Part shown: in pieces, positions 38,709 through 49,441 of the stretch
Numbering within the stretch: position 1 is the first letter of the stretch
Layout: the number at the start of each line of letters is the position of its first letter
Source of the DNA: Truepera sp.
GTDB lineage: Bacteria > Deinococcota > Deinococci > Deinococcales > Trueperaceae
NCBI GenBank assembly: GCA_965218435.1
Contig: CBDCKW010000009.1
Location: 96,001 to 160,000 of the forward strand
Direction: 5' to 3'
Length of the DNA stretch: 64,000 bases
Program-made: the position numbers and the translations under genes
Notes under the pieces: model-generated
The model's database searches: none
What the model saw: the letters and a program-made list of their open reading frames with translations, nothing else
What the model was told of the DNA's origin: nothing

Positions 38709-41147
38709 ATGTCTTATGAACCGCTCGGTTTAGTGCCTACAACCGTTGCCGACAAGTCGGCGTCGGTGGCGCACGAGGCGGCACAACTGCTTAGGGCAGC
38801 TTTGGCGGCAGGCCGAACATGCCGTGAGCTCGGCGACTTTGAAAGCGCCGCGGCGCAGTTTTCTACGGCGCTTGCCTTAGCCAAACAGCTGGACGACGCC
38901 GGAGCCGAGTCTGACACCCTTAACCTGCAAGCTGGCCTGTGGAGTACGATGGGCGACACGCCGCGGGCGCTGGAAGCTCTGGAGCGTGCGCTCGAGCTGG
39001 TTCAAGCCCCGCAGTTCAGGGACCGTCAAGCCAACATCTTAAACAACATGGGCACGTTACATACAGTGCTCGGCAATTATCCGCAAGCCCTGGAACACCT
39101 TAAACACGCCCACGACCTTTTGCGCACGGTCGCCCCAACGTCCCGGAGTTCGGCTAGCAACCTGACCAATCTAGGGAGTTTATATCAGGAGCTAGGTGAC
39201 CCGGCTGAAGCCAAGAGGTTTTTTACCCAAGCTGCCGAGGTCGCGCAAGAGGCCGCTGAACCTCTGATGGCTGCAGCCGCTCTGAATAACCTGGCTTACA
39301 CCCACGCCGACGCCGGGGAGTGGCCGCTAGCCAAGGGTTATTTTCAAAAGGCGCTGACGATCAGTCAGGAGGCGGGGGCGAAAGAGTACGAAATCGATAA
39401 CCTCGACGGCCTGGGACAGGTCTACGCCGCTTTAGGCGAGGCTGACCAAGCTAAAAAGACCCATGAGGCTGTTTTAAGAAAAGCCAGGGACATCGGTTAC
39501 CTAGAAGGTGACGCGCTGCTCAACTTGGGGCGAAACTATCTGGCTCGGCAGCCTTTAGCGGCGCTCGAGTTTTTACATCAGGGTCTTCGGGTTGCTCAGC
39601 AGCTGGGGCGCTCCGTCGCCGTGTACGAAGCGCACGACCTCCTGGCCAAAGCGTATGAAGGCACAGGCGACTTTGCCAGCGCCCTCTTTCATCAGCGGGC
39701 CTATCAAACAGCGGAAAAAGCCGTTTACAACGAAGAGAACGAACGTCAAGCGCGCAGGCTCACCACTCAGTTCGACCTCGAGCGGGCGCGCCGCGAAGCC
39801 GAAGAGTACCGCCTCCGCAACGAGATCACCCAGCAAGCCCGGGACGACGCCGAGGCGACGGTGCGTGAGCGCACACGTGAGCTTGAAGAGGCGCAGCTCG
39901 AGATCGTCACGCGCCTCGCCGTCGCTGCCGAATACCGCGACGACAACACCGGCGAACACACCCGGCGGGTCGGCCGCAACGCCGCTGCGATTGCCCACGC
40001 CCTCGGCTGGCCGGAAGACGAGGTGCAGCTTCTTTTTACCGCTGCCAGACTTCACGACGTCGGCAAGATTGCGATCAGCGACCTTATTTTGCACAAACCG
40101 GGAAAGCTTACACCCGAAGAGCTCGCCCTGATGAAAACCCACGCCATGATCGGGGCGCGTATCTTGTCCGGTGGCCGCTCACCGCTTTTGCAGCTGGCTG
40201 AAGAGATCGCGCTGGCCCACCACGAACGCTGGGACGGTAAGGGCTACCCGCTGGGACTTTCGGGTGACGCCATTCCGCTGGCTGCCCGGATCGTAGCTGT
40301 TGCCGATGTGCTCGACGCCCTGACGCACGAGCGCCCCTACAAACGGCCGTGGCCGGTCGAGGAAGCGTTAGCTGAGATCGGTCGGCAGAGCGGCCATCAC
40401 TTCGAACCGCACGTCGTAAAGGCGTGCTTCGCGGCTTTCGGTCCGGGTCGCGCACTTTCTCCCACCGACGACCCGGCAGCTTGGCGCGGCACCGTTCAGT
40501 TCTCGGCCGGACCGTCTGCCCCGGCTGCGCCCTATCAAGCTTTGGAAACTGTGAGCTCGGTTGAGCGACTGAAAAAACTCCTGGCCAAAGCGGTTCAAGA
40601 CCTCGAGCTCAGTCGCCACGAGGCGCGAGCCGTGTCCCGGCAGATGCACGAGATGGCGTTCTCCGATCCCTTGACAGGGCTGTATAACCGCCGCGCGTTC
40701 AGGGCCGACCTCGAGGCCGAGACGTCGCGCGCCCTGCATCAGGGCGACACTTTAAGCGTGCTTAACTTAGACCTCGACTTGCTCAAGCAGGTCAACGATA
40801 CCGAGGGGCACGAGCGTGGTGACGCGCTGCTGCGCAGCTTTGCCGAGGCGGCGAGCAAACAGCTGCAGCCGTGGGGCAGGCTCTACCGTGTCGGGGGCGA
40901 CGAGTTCGCGGCGATTCTCTCCCATACCAGCACGCAGCACTTCGGCGCGGTTCGCGCGCAGCTGGAGAGGGCGGTAGCCGAGGTTCGTGCGGACGGCTTT
41001 GCCGGCGCGGGGGTCAGCTTAGGGATCGTGGCGTTTCCCGAAGAGGTCGCGACCACCGGGGATTTGGTCCGTCTCAGCGACCAACGCATGTATGAAGACA
41101 AGCTTAAACGGCGAAAAATGCGGCAGGGGTTACAGCCTGCTGAATAA
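38709..41147 (+). CDS. TPR-repeat + HD-GYP + GGDEF c-di-GMP signalling protein
   Basis: Asn-rich TPRs (LNNMG, LTNLG, LNNLA); HDVGK..HHERWDGKGYP; DLDLLKQVND..GGDEF. Confidence 0.93.
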   Translation: MSYEPLGLVPTTVADKSASVAHEAAQLLRAALAAGRTCRELGDFESAAAQFSTALALAKQLDDAGAESDTLNLQAGLWSTMGDTPRALEALERALELVQAPQFRDRQANILNNMGTLHTVLGNYPQALEHLKHAHDLLRTVAPTSRSSASNLTNLGSLYQELGDPAEAKRFFTQAAEVAQEAAEPLMAAAALNNLAYTHADAGEWPLAKGYFQKALTISQEAGAKEYEIDNLDGLGQVYAALGEADQAKKTHEAVLRKARDIGYLEGDALLNLGRNYLARQPLAALEFLHQGLRVAQQLGRSVAVYEAHDLLAKAYEGTGDFASALFHQRAYQTAEKAVYNEENERQARRLTTQFDLERARREAEEYRLRNEITQQARDDAEATVRERTRELEEAQLEIVTRLAVAAEYRDDNTGEHTRRVGRNAAAIAHALGWPEDEVQLLFTAARLHDVGKIAISDLILHKPGKLTPEELALMKTHAMIGARILSGGRSPLLQLAEEIALAHHERWDGKGYPLGLSGDAIPLAARIVAVADVLDALTHERPYKRPWPVEEALAEIGRQSGHHFEPHVVKACFAAFGPGRALSPTDDPAAWRGTVQFSAGPSAPAAPYQALETVSSVERLKKLLAKAVQDLELSRHEARAVSRQMHEMAFSDPLTGLYNRRAFRADLEAETSRALHQGDTLSVLNLDLDLLKQVNDTEGHERGDALLRSFAEAASKQLQPWGRLYRVGGDEFAAILSHTSTQHFGAVRAQLERAVAEVRADGFAGAGVSLGIVAFPEEVATTGDLVRLSDQRMYEDKLKRRKMRQGLQPAE

Positions 41148-41166
41148 CGTTAAGATTAACGAAAAC

Positions 41167-42069
41167 TCAGCTTGGTTGGCTCGAGGTGTAGCGATACCCT
41201 TCGCTGGGGCGCAGCTCGAGCACCCCCCCGGCACCCGCAAACGTCCGCAGAACCGCTAAAACCCGTTCGGGTACCGTCTCGGCGGTACTGATGGCCGCCA
41301 GCGTCGGTCCCGCCCCGGATAAAAACGCGGCGCTCGCTCCTGCGTCCAAAAGCGCCTTACGGCAACTTGCCAGCCCCGGAATCAGCGGTTCGCGGTACGG
41401 TTCGTGCAGCCGGTCTTGCGACGCGGCGCACAGTAGTTCGGGTTTGTCGAGCGCGACGGCAGTGGTCCAAAGGGCGCAGCGGCTCGAGTTAAAGATCGCG
41501 TCGGCGCGGCTGTACGTCTGCGGCAGGACGGCCCGCGCCTCACGGGTTAAGAGTTTGGTTTCCGGTACCGCAAAAAGGAGATGCCAGCGAGTCGGCAGCG
41601 GTAAGGCTTGGCAGAGGTAGCCGGTCTCGGTTTTGGCCGACACGGTAAACCCGCCGTAAACCGCCGGGGCCACGTTGTCGGGGTGACCCTCGAGCCCCGC
41701 TGCTAACTGAAACACCCCGTTACGCCCCAACGCACCGCCCAAAAAAGCATCGGCCAGTGCTGCCCCGGCGACGAGCGCCGCCGATGACGACCCGAGCCCA
41801 CGGGCGAGCGGAATCGTGTTGTGCGCCGTAACGCACACTTTCGGCGCAACCTGACCCACCGCTGCAAACGCCGCCCGAAAGCCCTGATACGTCAGGTTAT
41901 CCGGCGTGTCCGCCACCTCACCTGTGCCGCTGTAGCTCAGGCTGTCGCGCTCTGAAAGCGCGGCAGAAACAGTTAAATACTGCGTTACCGCGAGCCCTAA
42001 ACAGTCAAACCCCGGTCCCAAATTGGCGCTCGTGGCCGGGACCCGTACACTCGCCTTCATTACGCCCAT
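41167..42069 (-). CDS. thrB: Homoserine kinase
   Basis: VPATSANLGPGFD, PLARGLGSS, EGHPDN, SGAGPT. Confidence 0.95.
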   Translation of the reverse strand: MGVMKASVRVPATSANLGPGFDCLGLAVTQYLTVSAALSERDSLSYSGTGEVADTPDNLTYQGFRAAFAAVGQVAPKVCVTAHNTIPLARGLGSSSAALVAGAALADAFLGGALGRNGVFQLAAGLEGHPDNVAPAVYGGFTVSAKTETGYLCQALPLPTRWHLLFAVPETKLLTREARAVLPQTYSRADAIFNSSRCALWTTAVALDKPELLCAASQDRLHEPYREPLIPGLASCRKALLDAGASAAFLSGAGPTLAAISTAETVPERVLAVLRTFAGAGGVLELRPSEGYRYTSSQPS

Positions 42070-42122
42070 GTCAAGCTCACATTAAGCTCCACAGTTAAGA
42101 CAACAGTTAAGACCACAGTGCC

Positions 42123-43607
42123 CTAGTCGGTTTCAGCACACGCTTGCCAAGCTCTCGGGATATTCTCGATCACGTCCGAGGCGATCAGCCCGTCGCCGTA
42201 ACGCTCCGCCGCGAGCTGTCCCGCTCGAGCGTGCGTCCAGACCGCCGCGCCGGTCCTTTCAAAAAGCGTGTCCGTGTCGGCGCACCACGCGCCTAAAAAA
42301 CCAGCTAACACGTCGCCGGTACCGCCGGTCGCCATCCCCGGATGACCGCCGCTGTTAACCAACACGCGCCCGTCGGGTGCCGCAATCACGGTGGTCGAGC
42401 CTTTAACGAGCGCCACCGCGCCTGCTCGCTCTGCAAGTGCTTTCGCCGCTGCAAGCGGGTCTTTTTTAACCTCTGCCGTAGACATGCCCAAGAGCTTCGC
42501 CGCCTCACCGGTATGCGGCGTCAGGACGCAGTGGCCGTGAGCGCGAACCGCCTTGAACCACGCGTCACCGCCTGTCAGTGCGCCCGCATCGAGCACCGTC
42601 GGGACATCTTTTTGACTAATCAGCTCGGACAGGAGCGCGTCGGCTCTTTTATCCAACCCCGGCCCGATCACCCGCACCTGCGCCCGGTTATCGCCGACAG
42701 CAGCGATCATCTCTAAAGGATTTTTGTCCCACTCGAGCTTTTCGTGAATTAGCTCCGGCCAGGTGCCCGGAAAGCTCCCTTCAGCCGCCAAAGTCACAAG
42801 CCCCGCGCCTCCCCGCAATGCAGCGCGGCAGGCCATCTCCGCCGCGCCCAGATACTGCGCGGAACCGGCGATAACCAGCACGGTTCCGACGGCGTACTTT
42901 TGGGTGTCTTCAGCGCGCGTCGGCAGGTGCGGGCGCACCGTTTCAGGCGTGAGCAGCGTGACGTTCGACTGCTCGTCCAAAATAGCCGCCGGAATCCCGA
43001 CGTCGGCGGTTTCAAGCTCACCGAACGCAGTTCTGGCAGGGTAGAAATAGCTGGCAATTTTGGCCCCGGCAAGTTGCACCGTCCGCGTCGCCTGAACGTG
43101 CGGCCCTAAAATGTCGCCGGTATCAGCTGCAAGTCCCGAGGGAAGATCAATGCTTAAAATGTCTGCGCCGCTGCTGTTAAGCGTTGTTACCATTTCAGCC
43201 AGCTCACCGGCGAGTGCCCGAGACAAGCCGCTGCCGAACAGCGCGTCAATGACAAGCGGGCGTTGCCCTAAAGCGCCCGCCAAAGTTTGCTGAGTGAGGG
43301 GCTGTGGGGTGACCCCGTGCGCCAAAAGTGCGCCGCGCATCGTCTGTGCGTCGTCCCCACTAGGCGTGTCGGAGAGTTCCAGGACGCTCACACGGTAATG
43401 GTCTGCTAGATAGCGAGCTGCCACGTAGCCGTCGCCGCCGTTATTGCCTTTGCCGCAGAGGATTAAGACAGTTTGGGGCGTAAAGTAGCGCAGCGCAGCC
43501 TTGGCGACGGCGCGTCCGGCCCCTTCCATCAGCAAAAGGAGCGGAATCCCGGCGTCGGCTGCCGCTTGGTCGGCGGCGCGCATCTGCTCGGCAGAAAAGA
43601 GTTTCAT
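42123..43607 (-). CDS. nnr: Bifunctional NAD(P)H-hydrate epimerase/dehydratase
   Basis: LME.AG, GKGNNGGDG, DALFGSGL, LTPHTGE, GGTGDVLAG. Confidence 0.93.
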   Translation of the reverse strand: MKLFSAEQMRAADQAAADAGIPLLLLMEGAGRAVAKAALRYFTPQTVLILCGKGNNGGDGYVAARYLADHYRVSVLELSDTPSGDDAQTMRGALLAHGVTPQPLTQQTLAGALGQRPLVIDALFGSGLSRALAGELAEMVTTLNSSGADILSIDLPSGLAADTGDILGPHVQATRTVQLAGAKIASYFYPARTAFGELETADVGIPAAILDEQSNVTLLTPETVRPHLPTRAEDTQKYAVGTVLVIAGSAQYLGAAEMACRAALRGGAGLVTLAAEGSFPGTWPELIHEKLEWDKNPLEMIAAVGDNRAQVRVIGPGLDKRADALLSELISQKDVPTVLDAGALTGGDAWFKAVRAHGHCVLTPHTGEAAKLLGMSTAEVKKDPLAAAKALAERAGAVALVKGSTTVIAAPDGRVLVNSGGHPGMATGGTGDVLAGFLGAWCADTDTLFERTGAAVWTHARAGQLAAERYGDGLIASDVIENIPRAWQACAETD

Positions 43608-43736
43608 GCCCTTAGTTTACGGGTTCCGGCGGCCCGCTCACCTGTCTCAAAAGCTCTGTTAAAAGTGCCGGTATTCCCGCCCCGACTTTGGCGGACACGC
43701 TAAACTACAACCGCTATGTCACAATGAAGACGAGGT

Positions 43737-44048
43737 ATGGAAACCTTACCGCTGACCTTCGCTTTAGCTTTGGGAGGCTGCGTCACTGCGTGGCTGTTCG
43801 CGTCGCGGCGGCTCGAGCCTCCCCCGTTTTCAAAAACGCGCCTTTACGTCGGTCTGCTCTTTATCTGCGTCAGCTATCTGCTCTGGGTATCGGACTATCC
43901 GGCGGCGTGGCGCGTCCCTGAACTGGTCGAATATTTCGCCACAATCACCTTTTCAGCGTTTCGCATTTTGTGCGTCGCGGCGACCGGCACCGTGCTTTTC
44001 GGCAGTATGGTCGCGCTCCTTTACTTCACTCGGCCTAAACGCCGTTAG
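43737..44048 (+). CDS. Small membrane protein (about 3 TM)
   Basis: GAGGT before ATG, hydrophobic segments, basic C-terminus. Confidence 0.6.
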   Translation: METLPLTFALALGGCVTAWLFASRRLEPPPFSKTRLYVGLLFICVSYLLWVSDYPAAWRVPELVEYFATITFSAFRILCVAATGTVLFGSMVALLYFTRPKRR

Positions 44049-44222
44049 GTTCTGTTGACCTTCTCAGTTAGAGGCTGTTCCAGCGTGCGGCGTAGCAGAA
44101 GTAAGCATCCAGCATAAAGTCAGCAGTTCGTAAGTCGAGATAGTAGCTTTTGTGTGCTCGAGACGCGCTGGCAGCAAAGGTCATACGGCCCAAGTTGTCA
44201 TTACTTTCGGTAGACTGCTCTA

Positions 44223-44846
44223 GTGGGCAGAAGCCGGATTAGTAAACGTCGAGGGACGAACCAAAGCGGTAAGACGCCGTCCCCCAAGGGCCGCTCGAGC
44301 CTCGGCTCGGACAAAACGCACCAGACTGCTGTCGTGATCGTTCCGCCTAAAGCTGTTTGGGAACCTATTCAAGAGATTCGCAGCGTACATGACAAGCAGT
44401 TTCGGCGCTGGCTGCCGCACCTCACGCTGCTCTATCCGTTCGCGCCCAAAGAAGACTTTACCCGCCTACTGCCCGACCTCGCACAGGCGGCGTGGGCAGA
44501 GAGGCCGTTTGAGCTGACGCTGGCGCACTTCAGCTCGTTTCGGCACGGGCGAGACTATACGGTGTGGTTGGAACCGACCCCTGCCGCGCCCCTCCAAAAA
44601 CTGCACCGAACACTGACGAAAGCCTTACCGCACTTTGGCGACACCGGTTCGTTTCAGGGCGGCTTTACGCCGCACCTCAGCGTCGGGCAAGTCGAGGGCG
44701 CAGGCAACCTTAAGAAGCTCTTGGCTGAATTAAGTGAGGGCTGGGAACCGCTCCGCTTTACGGTGGGCGAAGTCTCGCTGATTTCGCGCAAAAGCCCACC
44801 GAACGACATCTTTCAGATTGACCGGCAGATTACGTTGGGGGGCTAG
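44223..44846 (+). CDS. 2H phosphoesterase (2'-5' RNA ligase family)
   Basis: PHLTL and PHLSV HxT/S motifs. Confidence 0.85.
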   Translation: MGRSRISKRRGTNQSGKTPSPKGRSSLGSDKTHQTAVVIVPPKAVWEPIQEIRSVHDKQFRRWLPHLTLLYPFAPKEDFTRLLPDLAQAAWAERPFELTLAHFSSFRHGRDYTVWLEPTPAAPLQKLHRTLTKALPHFGDTGSFQGGFTPHLSVGQVEGAGNLKKLLAELSEGWEPLRFTVGEVSLISRKSPPNDIFQIDRQITLGG

Positions 44847-44977
44847 AACATCGGCTTGGATTTTACTGCCTGAGTCTTGCGTTGTGCTGGCGATTAATAA
44901 GAAGTAAGCAGACCGCAAGTTGACCGTGCGTCTCTGACGGGCTCGAGCCCAAGCAAAAGCTAACCCAGGCAGCAGCT

Positions 44978-45799
44978 TTACTCGCTGCTCATAGGCGGGT
45001 ACGGGTACACATCGCTCAGGATTTTTTCTACCTCGCTAAAGCCCGCCGCGCCAGGGCTGATAAACTCGTGCGTTCCGCTCGTCTCAGAAAAGGTCACCGG
45101 GCCACCTAGCCGCTTAACCAACCGGCGCGTGTCGGCTGGGGAGACGGTCGTGTCGGCTTTACCTTGTAACACGAGTGTTGGGGTGGTAATCCTCGGCGCG
45201 GCCCGGGATGCGGCGCGGCCAACTTGTTGTAACTGAACTAAAGACGACGTAGGCAAGACGACCTTTTCCCGCAGCTCGCGCTGCACCTCGGGGTCGTCTA
45301 GGTTGAGGGTGGGCTCGAGCCGCCGGAACTGTGACCGGACGACCTCTTGGGTAAAGTCGGCGTTTTGAAACGGTTTAAGCTGCGGCAAGACGTACTGTAC
45401 GACGGGTAACACTTTGGCGCGGGGGTCGGCCAGTCGAGAAAAGGGGGCGAGCAGCACGAGCCGGTCGGGGTCAGCCGCCAGCTTGAGCGCGACCGCGCCG
45501 CCCATCGAAAACCCTAGTAACAGGGTCTCTTCCGCGCCTTCTTGCATCTCTGTCCAAGCCCGCTGCGCCGCCCGCACCCAGTCTTGCCAGTGCGTCTGAC
45601 CCAAATTTTCGATGTCCATGCCAAAACCCGGTAACAGCGGGCCGTGAACCTCGAGCCCCCCCTTGACTAGAATCTCGGCAAGCGGCAACATCTCGGCGGG
45701 GGTACCGGGAAAGCCGTGCAACACCAGTGCCCGCCGTTTGCTCCGGCCCAGCACAAAACTTTTGTGACGCGGGCCGCCGTAGAGGTTGGAAACGTCCAT
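44978..45799 (-). CDS. Alpha/beta hydrolase (carboxylesterase-like)
   Basis: HGFPG, GFSMGG, D and H catalytic residues; start set at ATG 45799 because the longer ORF overlaps lepA. Confidence 0.88.
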   Translation of the reverse strand: MDVSNLYGGPRHKSFVLGRSKRRALVLHGFPGTPAEMLPLAEILVKGGLEVHGPLLPGFGMDIENLGQTHWQDWVRAAQRAWTEMQEGAEETLLLGFSMGGAVALKLAADPDRLVLLAPFSRLADPRAKVLPVVQYVLPQLKPFQNADFTQEVVRSQFRRLEPTLNLDDPEVQRELREKVVLPTSSLVQLQQVGRAASRAAPRITTPTLVLQGKADTTVSPADTRRLVKRLGGPVTFSETSGTHEFISPGAAGFSEVEKILSDVYPYPPMSSE

Positions 45800-45940
45800 A
45801 GCTTTGATCGTGACATAGGCGCAGCGAAAAGAAAGTGGTGAGCGGGCCAGGCGTAAGAAGCAGGCAGTTAAGAAGCCGAAACGTCGTTCTGCCTCTCCCC
45901 CCGTACCTACCGGGCTACCCACGCGGGCTACAATAAACGG

Positions 45941-47728
45941 GTGGAAATCCGTAACTTTTCGATTATCGCGCATGTGGATCACGGCAAATCAACGCTCGCC
46001 GACCGCATCTTAGAGCTGACGCAGGCTGTCTCGGAGCGGGGCCGCCGCGACCAGATGTTAGACACACTGGAGCTCGAGCGTGAGCGCGGCATCACTATCA
46101 AAGCGACCCCGATGCGCCTGACGTATACTGCTAAAAACGGCACACCGTACATGTTTAACCTGATTGACACCCCCGGACACGTGGACTTTAACTACGAGGT
46201 GTCGCGCTCCCTGCGGGCGTGTGAAGGCGTCTTGCTCGTCATTGACGCGTCACAAGGGGTCGAGGCGCAGACGATTCAAAATGCGTATTTAGCAACCGAC
46301 AACGGCCTCGAGGTCTTGCCGGTCGTCAACAAAATCGATTTGCCCAACGCGGACCCGGCGGGTGCAATCGAAGAGTTGGAAGAAGTCGTCGGCATCCCCG
46401 GTGACTTTGCGGTCGCAGTCTCAGCCAAGACCGGCGAAAATGTCGAGGCGATCCTAGAAGGTATCGTCGAGCACCTGCCGCCGCCCGAGGGTGACGCGGA
46501 CGCCCCGCTCTCATGCCTGATTTTTGACGCCGTGTTCGACTCGTATCAGGGCGTGATCTCGTTTATTCGCGTGTTTGACGGCTCGGTCAAATCAGGTGAC
46601 CCGATCAAAATTGTGAGTACCGGCAAAACCTTTACGGTGGATAAAGTCGGCTTTTTTTCACCTGCGCCGACGGTTTCTGATCTCCTCGGTCCCGGTGAAG
46701 TGGGCTGGTTGACCGCCGCCATCAAAGATATTTCAGATACCCAAATTGGCGATACCATTACCGGCGCGACGCGCCCGACCCAGAACATCATCCCCGGTTT
46801 TAAGCCCGCGCAGCCGGTCGTGTTCTCTGGTCTCTACCCGACCGATTCCGAAGATTACCCCAAACTCCGCGAGGCGTTAGAAAAACTCTCCTTAAATGAC
46901 GCGGCGTTTACCTTTGAACCTGAAACGTCAGAAGCGTTAGGCTTCGGCTTTCGCTGCGGTTTTTTGGGACTCTTACACGCGGATATCGTCCAGGCGAGGC
47001 TCGAGCGCGAATTTGACCTCGGCCTGATTGCCACCGCCCCTGCGGTCATCTACGAAGTCGAACGTACCGACGGCTCGAAAGAACGCATTCAAAACCCTGC
47101 CGACCTGCCCGACCCCGGCAAGATTGTGCGGATTTTAGAGCCCTATGTCAAACTCAATATCTACGTCCCCGAAGAGTACGTCGGCAACATCATGGGACTC
47201 TTGCAAGAGCGCCGCGGCGAGATGAAAAATATGGTCTATCACGGGCGGCGCGTCGAGCTGCGTTACGAAATCCCGTTCGGTGAAATCTTGTACGACTTTC
47301 ACGACCGCCTTAAATCTTTGACACGCGGCTACGCCAGCATGGACTACGAGCCTTTAGAGTACCGCGAGGGCCACCTCGTCAAAGTAGACATCATGGTCAA
47401 CGATGAACAAGTAGACGCTCTAGCCGTGATCGTCCACCGCGACAAGGCGTACAACTTGGGCCGCAAAATTGTAGACAAAATGGCCGAGGTCATCCCCCGG
47501 CAGATGTTCGCCGTGCCGATTCAAGCGGCCATCGGCAGCAAGATTTTGGCTCGCGCCACGGTCCGCGCTTTCCGTAAAGACGTGACCGCGAAATGCTACG
47601 GCGGTGACATCACGCGTAAACGCAAGCTTTTAGAAAAGCAGAAAAAGGGGAAAGAGCGGATGAAGCAGCTTGGCACCGTCGAGGTGCCGCAAGAGGCGTT
47701 TTTGGCGGTCTTGTCGAGCGGGGAATGA
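45941..47728 (+). CDS. lepA: Elongation factor 4
   Basis: [49 protein letters not shown]. Confidence 0.98.
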   Translation: MEIRNFSIIAHVDHGKSTLADRILELTQAVSERGRRDQMLDTLELERERGITIKATPMRLTYTAKNGTPYMFNLIDTPGHVDFNYEVSRSLRACEGVLLVIDASQGVEAQTIQNAYLATDNGLEVLPVVNKIDLPNADPAGAIEELEEVVGIPGDFAVAVSAKTGENVEAILEGIVEHLPPPEGDADAPLSCLIFDAVFDSYQGVISFIRVFDGSVKSGDPIKIVSTGKTFTVDKVGFFSPAPTVSDLLGPGEVGWLTAAIKDISDTQIGDTITGATRPTQNIIPGFKPAQPVVFSGLYPTDSEDYPKLREALEKLSLNDAAFTFEPETSEALGFGFRCGFLGLLHADIVQARLEREFDLGLIATAPAVIYEVERTDGSKERIQNPADLPDPGKIVRILEPYVKLNIYVPEEYVGNIMGLLQERRGEMKNMVYHGRRVELRYEIPFGEILYDFHDRLKSLTRGYASMDYEPLEYREGHLVKVDIMVNDEQVDALAVIVHRDKAYNLGRKIVDKMAEVIPRQMFAVPIQAAIGSKILARATVRAFRKDVTAKCYGGDITRKRKLLEKQKKGKERMKQLGTVEVPQEAFLAVLSSGE

Positions 47729-47857
47729 TGTAAAAAACTTCAAATTGTGAGAGTGACCGGCACTGTTAGACTCGGCGTGATGAAGCGTCTTGTCTGTCTT
47801 AAAGTCTCTACCTTGCCAAGGCTGCACAAGCGGGCGACGTTTCCTGTTTACTTTAAG

Positions 47858-47891
47858 TGTAAGAAGTTTGTAAGAGCTCGAGCACTACACT
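47858..47891 (+). promoter_or_regulatory. Direct-repeat promoter of the minor pilin operon
   Basis: TGTAAG-AAGTT-TGTAAG-N11-TACACT, ATG 7 nt downstream. Confidence 0.7.
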
Positions 47892-47898
47892 CGTGTCT

Positions 47899-48390
47899 AT
47901 GACGAGGGTTCGTGCCGGGTTTACGCTTTTAGAAATGCTCATTGTTATGAGCATTATGGGCATCCTTATGGCTATAGGTATTCCTATGCTGCGCCCCCCG
48001 TCTTCATATCTTTTCGCTAACGACCTTAAAGCGATGATTTTGCAAGCGCGTTATGAAGCGATTAAACGTAATACGCCCGTCGCGGTTGTTTGGAGTAGTA
48101 CGAACCGTACCTACACCACGCGGCTCGACGCGACCAATACCACCTTTGCCAATACTAATAGTGCCTGCACAAGTAGCACAATTATCAGTACCAAGCAGCT
48201 CAGCGACTACCGAAACGTTGACATCTCAACCAATATGCCGGGAAACGGCATTGTTTGGTTACCTACAGGTTTGGCAAGAAGTTGCAGTACAGGTGTCGGA
48301 AACAGCACCACAACAATCGGTGACGGTAGGCAGACCTATAAGGTCATCACCTCAGCAGGTGGCCGAATTAGGCTCGAGAAAGCATCGTGA
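47899..48390 (+). CDS. Type IV minor pilin, FimT/GspH-like
   Basis: G|FTLLEML prepilin motif, ARYEAIKRN. Confidence 0.88.
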   Translation: MTRVRAGFTLLEMLIVMSIMGILMAIGIPMLRPPSSYLFANDLKAMILQARYEAIKRNTPVAVVWSSTNRTYTTRLDATNTTFANTNSACTSSTIISTKQLSDYRNVDISTNMPGNGIVWLPTGLARSCSTGVGNSTTTIGDGRQTYKVITSAGGRIRLEKAS

Positions 48391-48773
48391 AGTCGTCCGC
48401 AGGCTTGACGCTGCTCGAGGTCATCGTTGCGCTGGTCGTACTGGTTGTTGGCGTTTTACTCGCCGCCACGATGCAGACGAGCGCCCTACGTGCGAGCAGT
48501 GAAGCCGCCGCTACGCAGGGCGTCACTAAATTTGCGGAGGCGGAGATCGAGCTGCGGCGGCAGCTTGACCTAAGCACGGCTGCCAGCAAAGCTGCGACCT
48601 GTATAACTTCGGTCACGTCGGGTTACACCTGTCAGGTGCAAGTGCGCGCTTGTCAGCTTTCCGGTTCTTCGCTAAGTTGTACGGGTACCGGGAGCGACGC
48701 CGATCAGGTCAAAGTTACAGTGGGTGGCCCGCGTCAGAAAACCGTCACGCTTACCACGGTTAAAGCAAGATGA
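48387..48773 (+). CDS. Type IV minor pilin, PilV-like
   Basis: G|LTLLEVIVAL prepilin motif, four Cys. Confidence 0.85.
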   Translation: MKSSAGLTLLEVIVALVVLVVGVLLAATMQTSALRASSEAAATQGVTKFAEAEIELRRQLDLSTAASKAATCITSVTSGYTCQVQVRACQLSGSSLSCTGTGSDADQVKVTVGGPRQKTVTLTTVKAR

Positions 48774-49414
48774 AACACGCACGAAGCGCCGGTTTTACGC
48801 TGGTGGAGTTGCTTGTCGCAGGGACAATTATGCTGCTTATCCTCGGAGCTTTAGGAAACCTTTTTGTCAGCTCGAGCCGCGCTTACCGGGTCAACAACGA
48901 AGCTTCAGACCGTCAACAGACTGCTGAGGCCGCTACCCAAATGCTGACCTACGAGATTGGTCTAGCGGGCTACCGCGGGTCTGATCAAGGTGCAAGCTCC
49001 AGGGAATTTAAGACAACAGCGGTACTAGGCGTAGTTTCAGTTCCGGAAAGTACACTCATTATCACCAAGGGCGCGACCGCTACCAGCCCCGACACGGTTA
49101 CGGTTCGCTACTACGAAGACCGCTTTATTAGCTCAACCGCAAAACGTACGGCTGCTTTTACTGCCGCTAAGGATAGTGATAATGCTTATAACCTCTACCG
49201 CGCTCAAGACGGTGATAACAAGCCCGCTATCTTAGGTGTCAAAAACCTCAAAGTCGTGAAATATATTAAAAGAGACGGTACCGAAGCGACCAGCGCCACC
49301 AAAGACACCCTCGCCGCCCTTAAGCTCGAGCTCACTTTTATTGACGGACTTAAGCAGCAACTCGTTATCAGCATTCCCAACCTGCAGCAACTTCCCGTTC
49401 TTCCGACTCTTTAA
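48770..49414 (+). CDS. Type IV minor pilin, PilW-like
   Basis: G|FTLVELLVA, EIGLAGY. Confidence 0.87.
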   Translation: MKHARSAGFTLVELLVAGTIMLLILGALGNLFVSSSRAYRVNNEASDRQQTAEAATQMLTYEIGLAGYRGSDQGASSREFKTTAVLGVVSVPESTLIITKGATATSPDTVTVRYYEDRFISSTAKRTAAFTAAKDSDNAYNLYRAQDGDNKPAILGVKNLKVVKYIKRDGTEATSATKDTLAALKLELTFIDGLKQQLVISIPNLQQLPVLPTL

Positions 49415-49441
49415 CCCTTTACGTCGTCTCGAGAGGTCACT

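Noticed and set aside
42078..42120. Short tandem repeat (ACAGTTAAGAC) between nnr and thrB
   Set aside because: Two to three degenerate 12-bp units, consistent with local slippage; no other support
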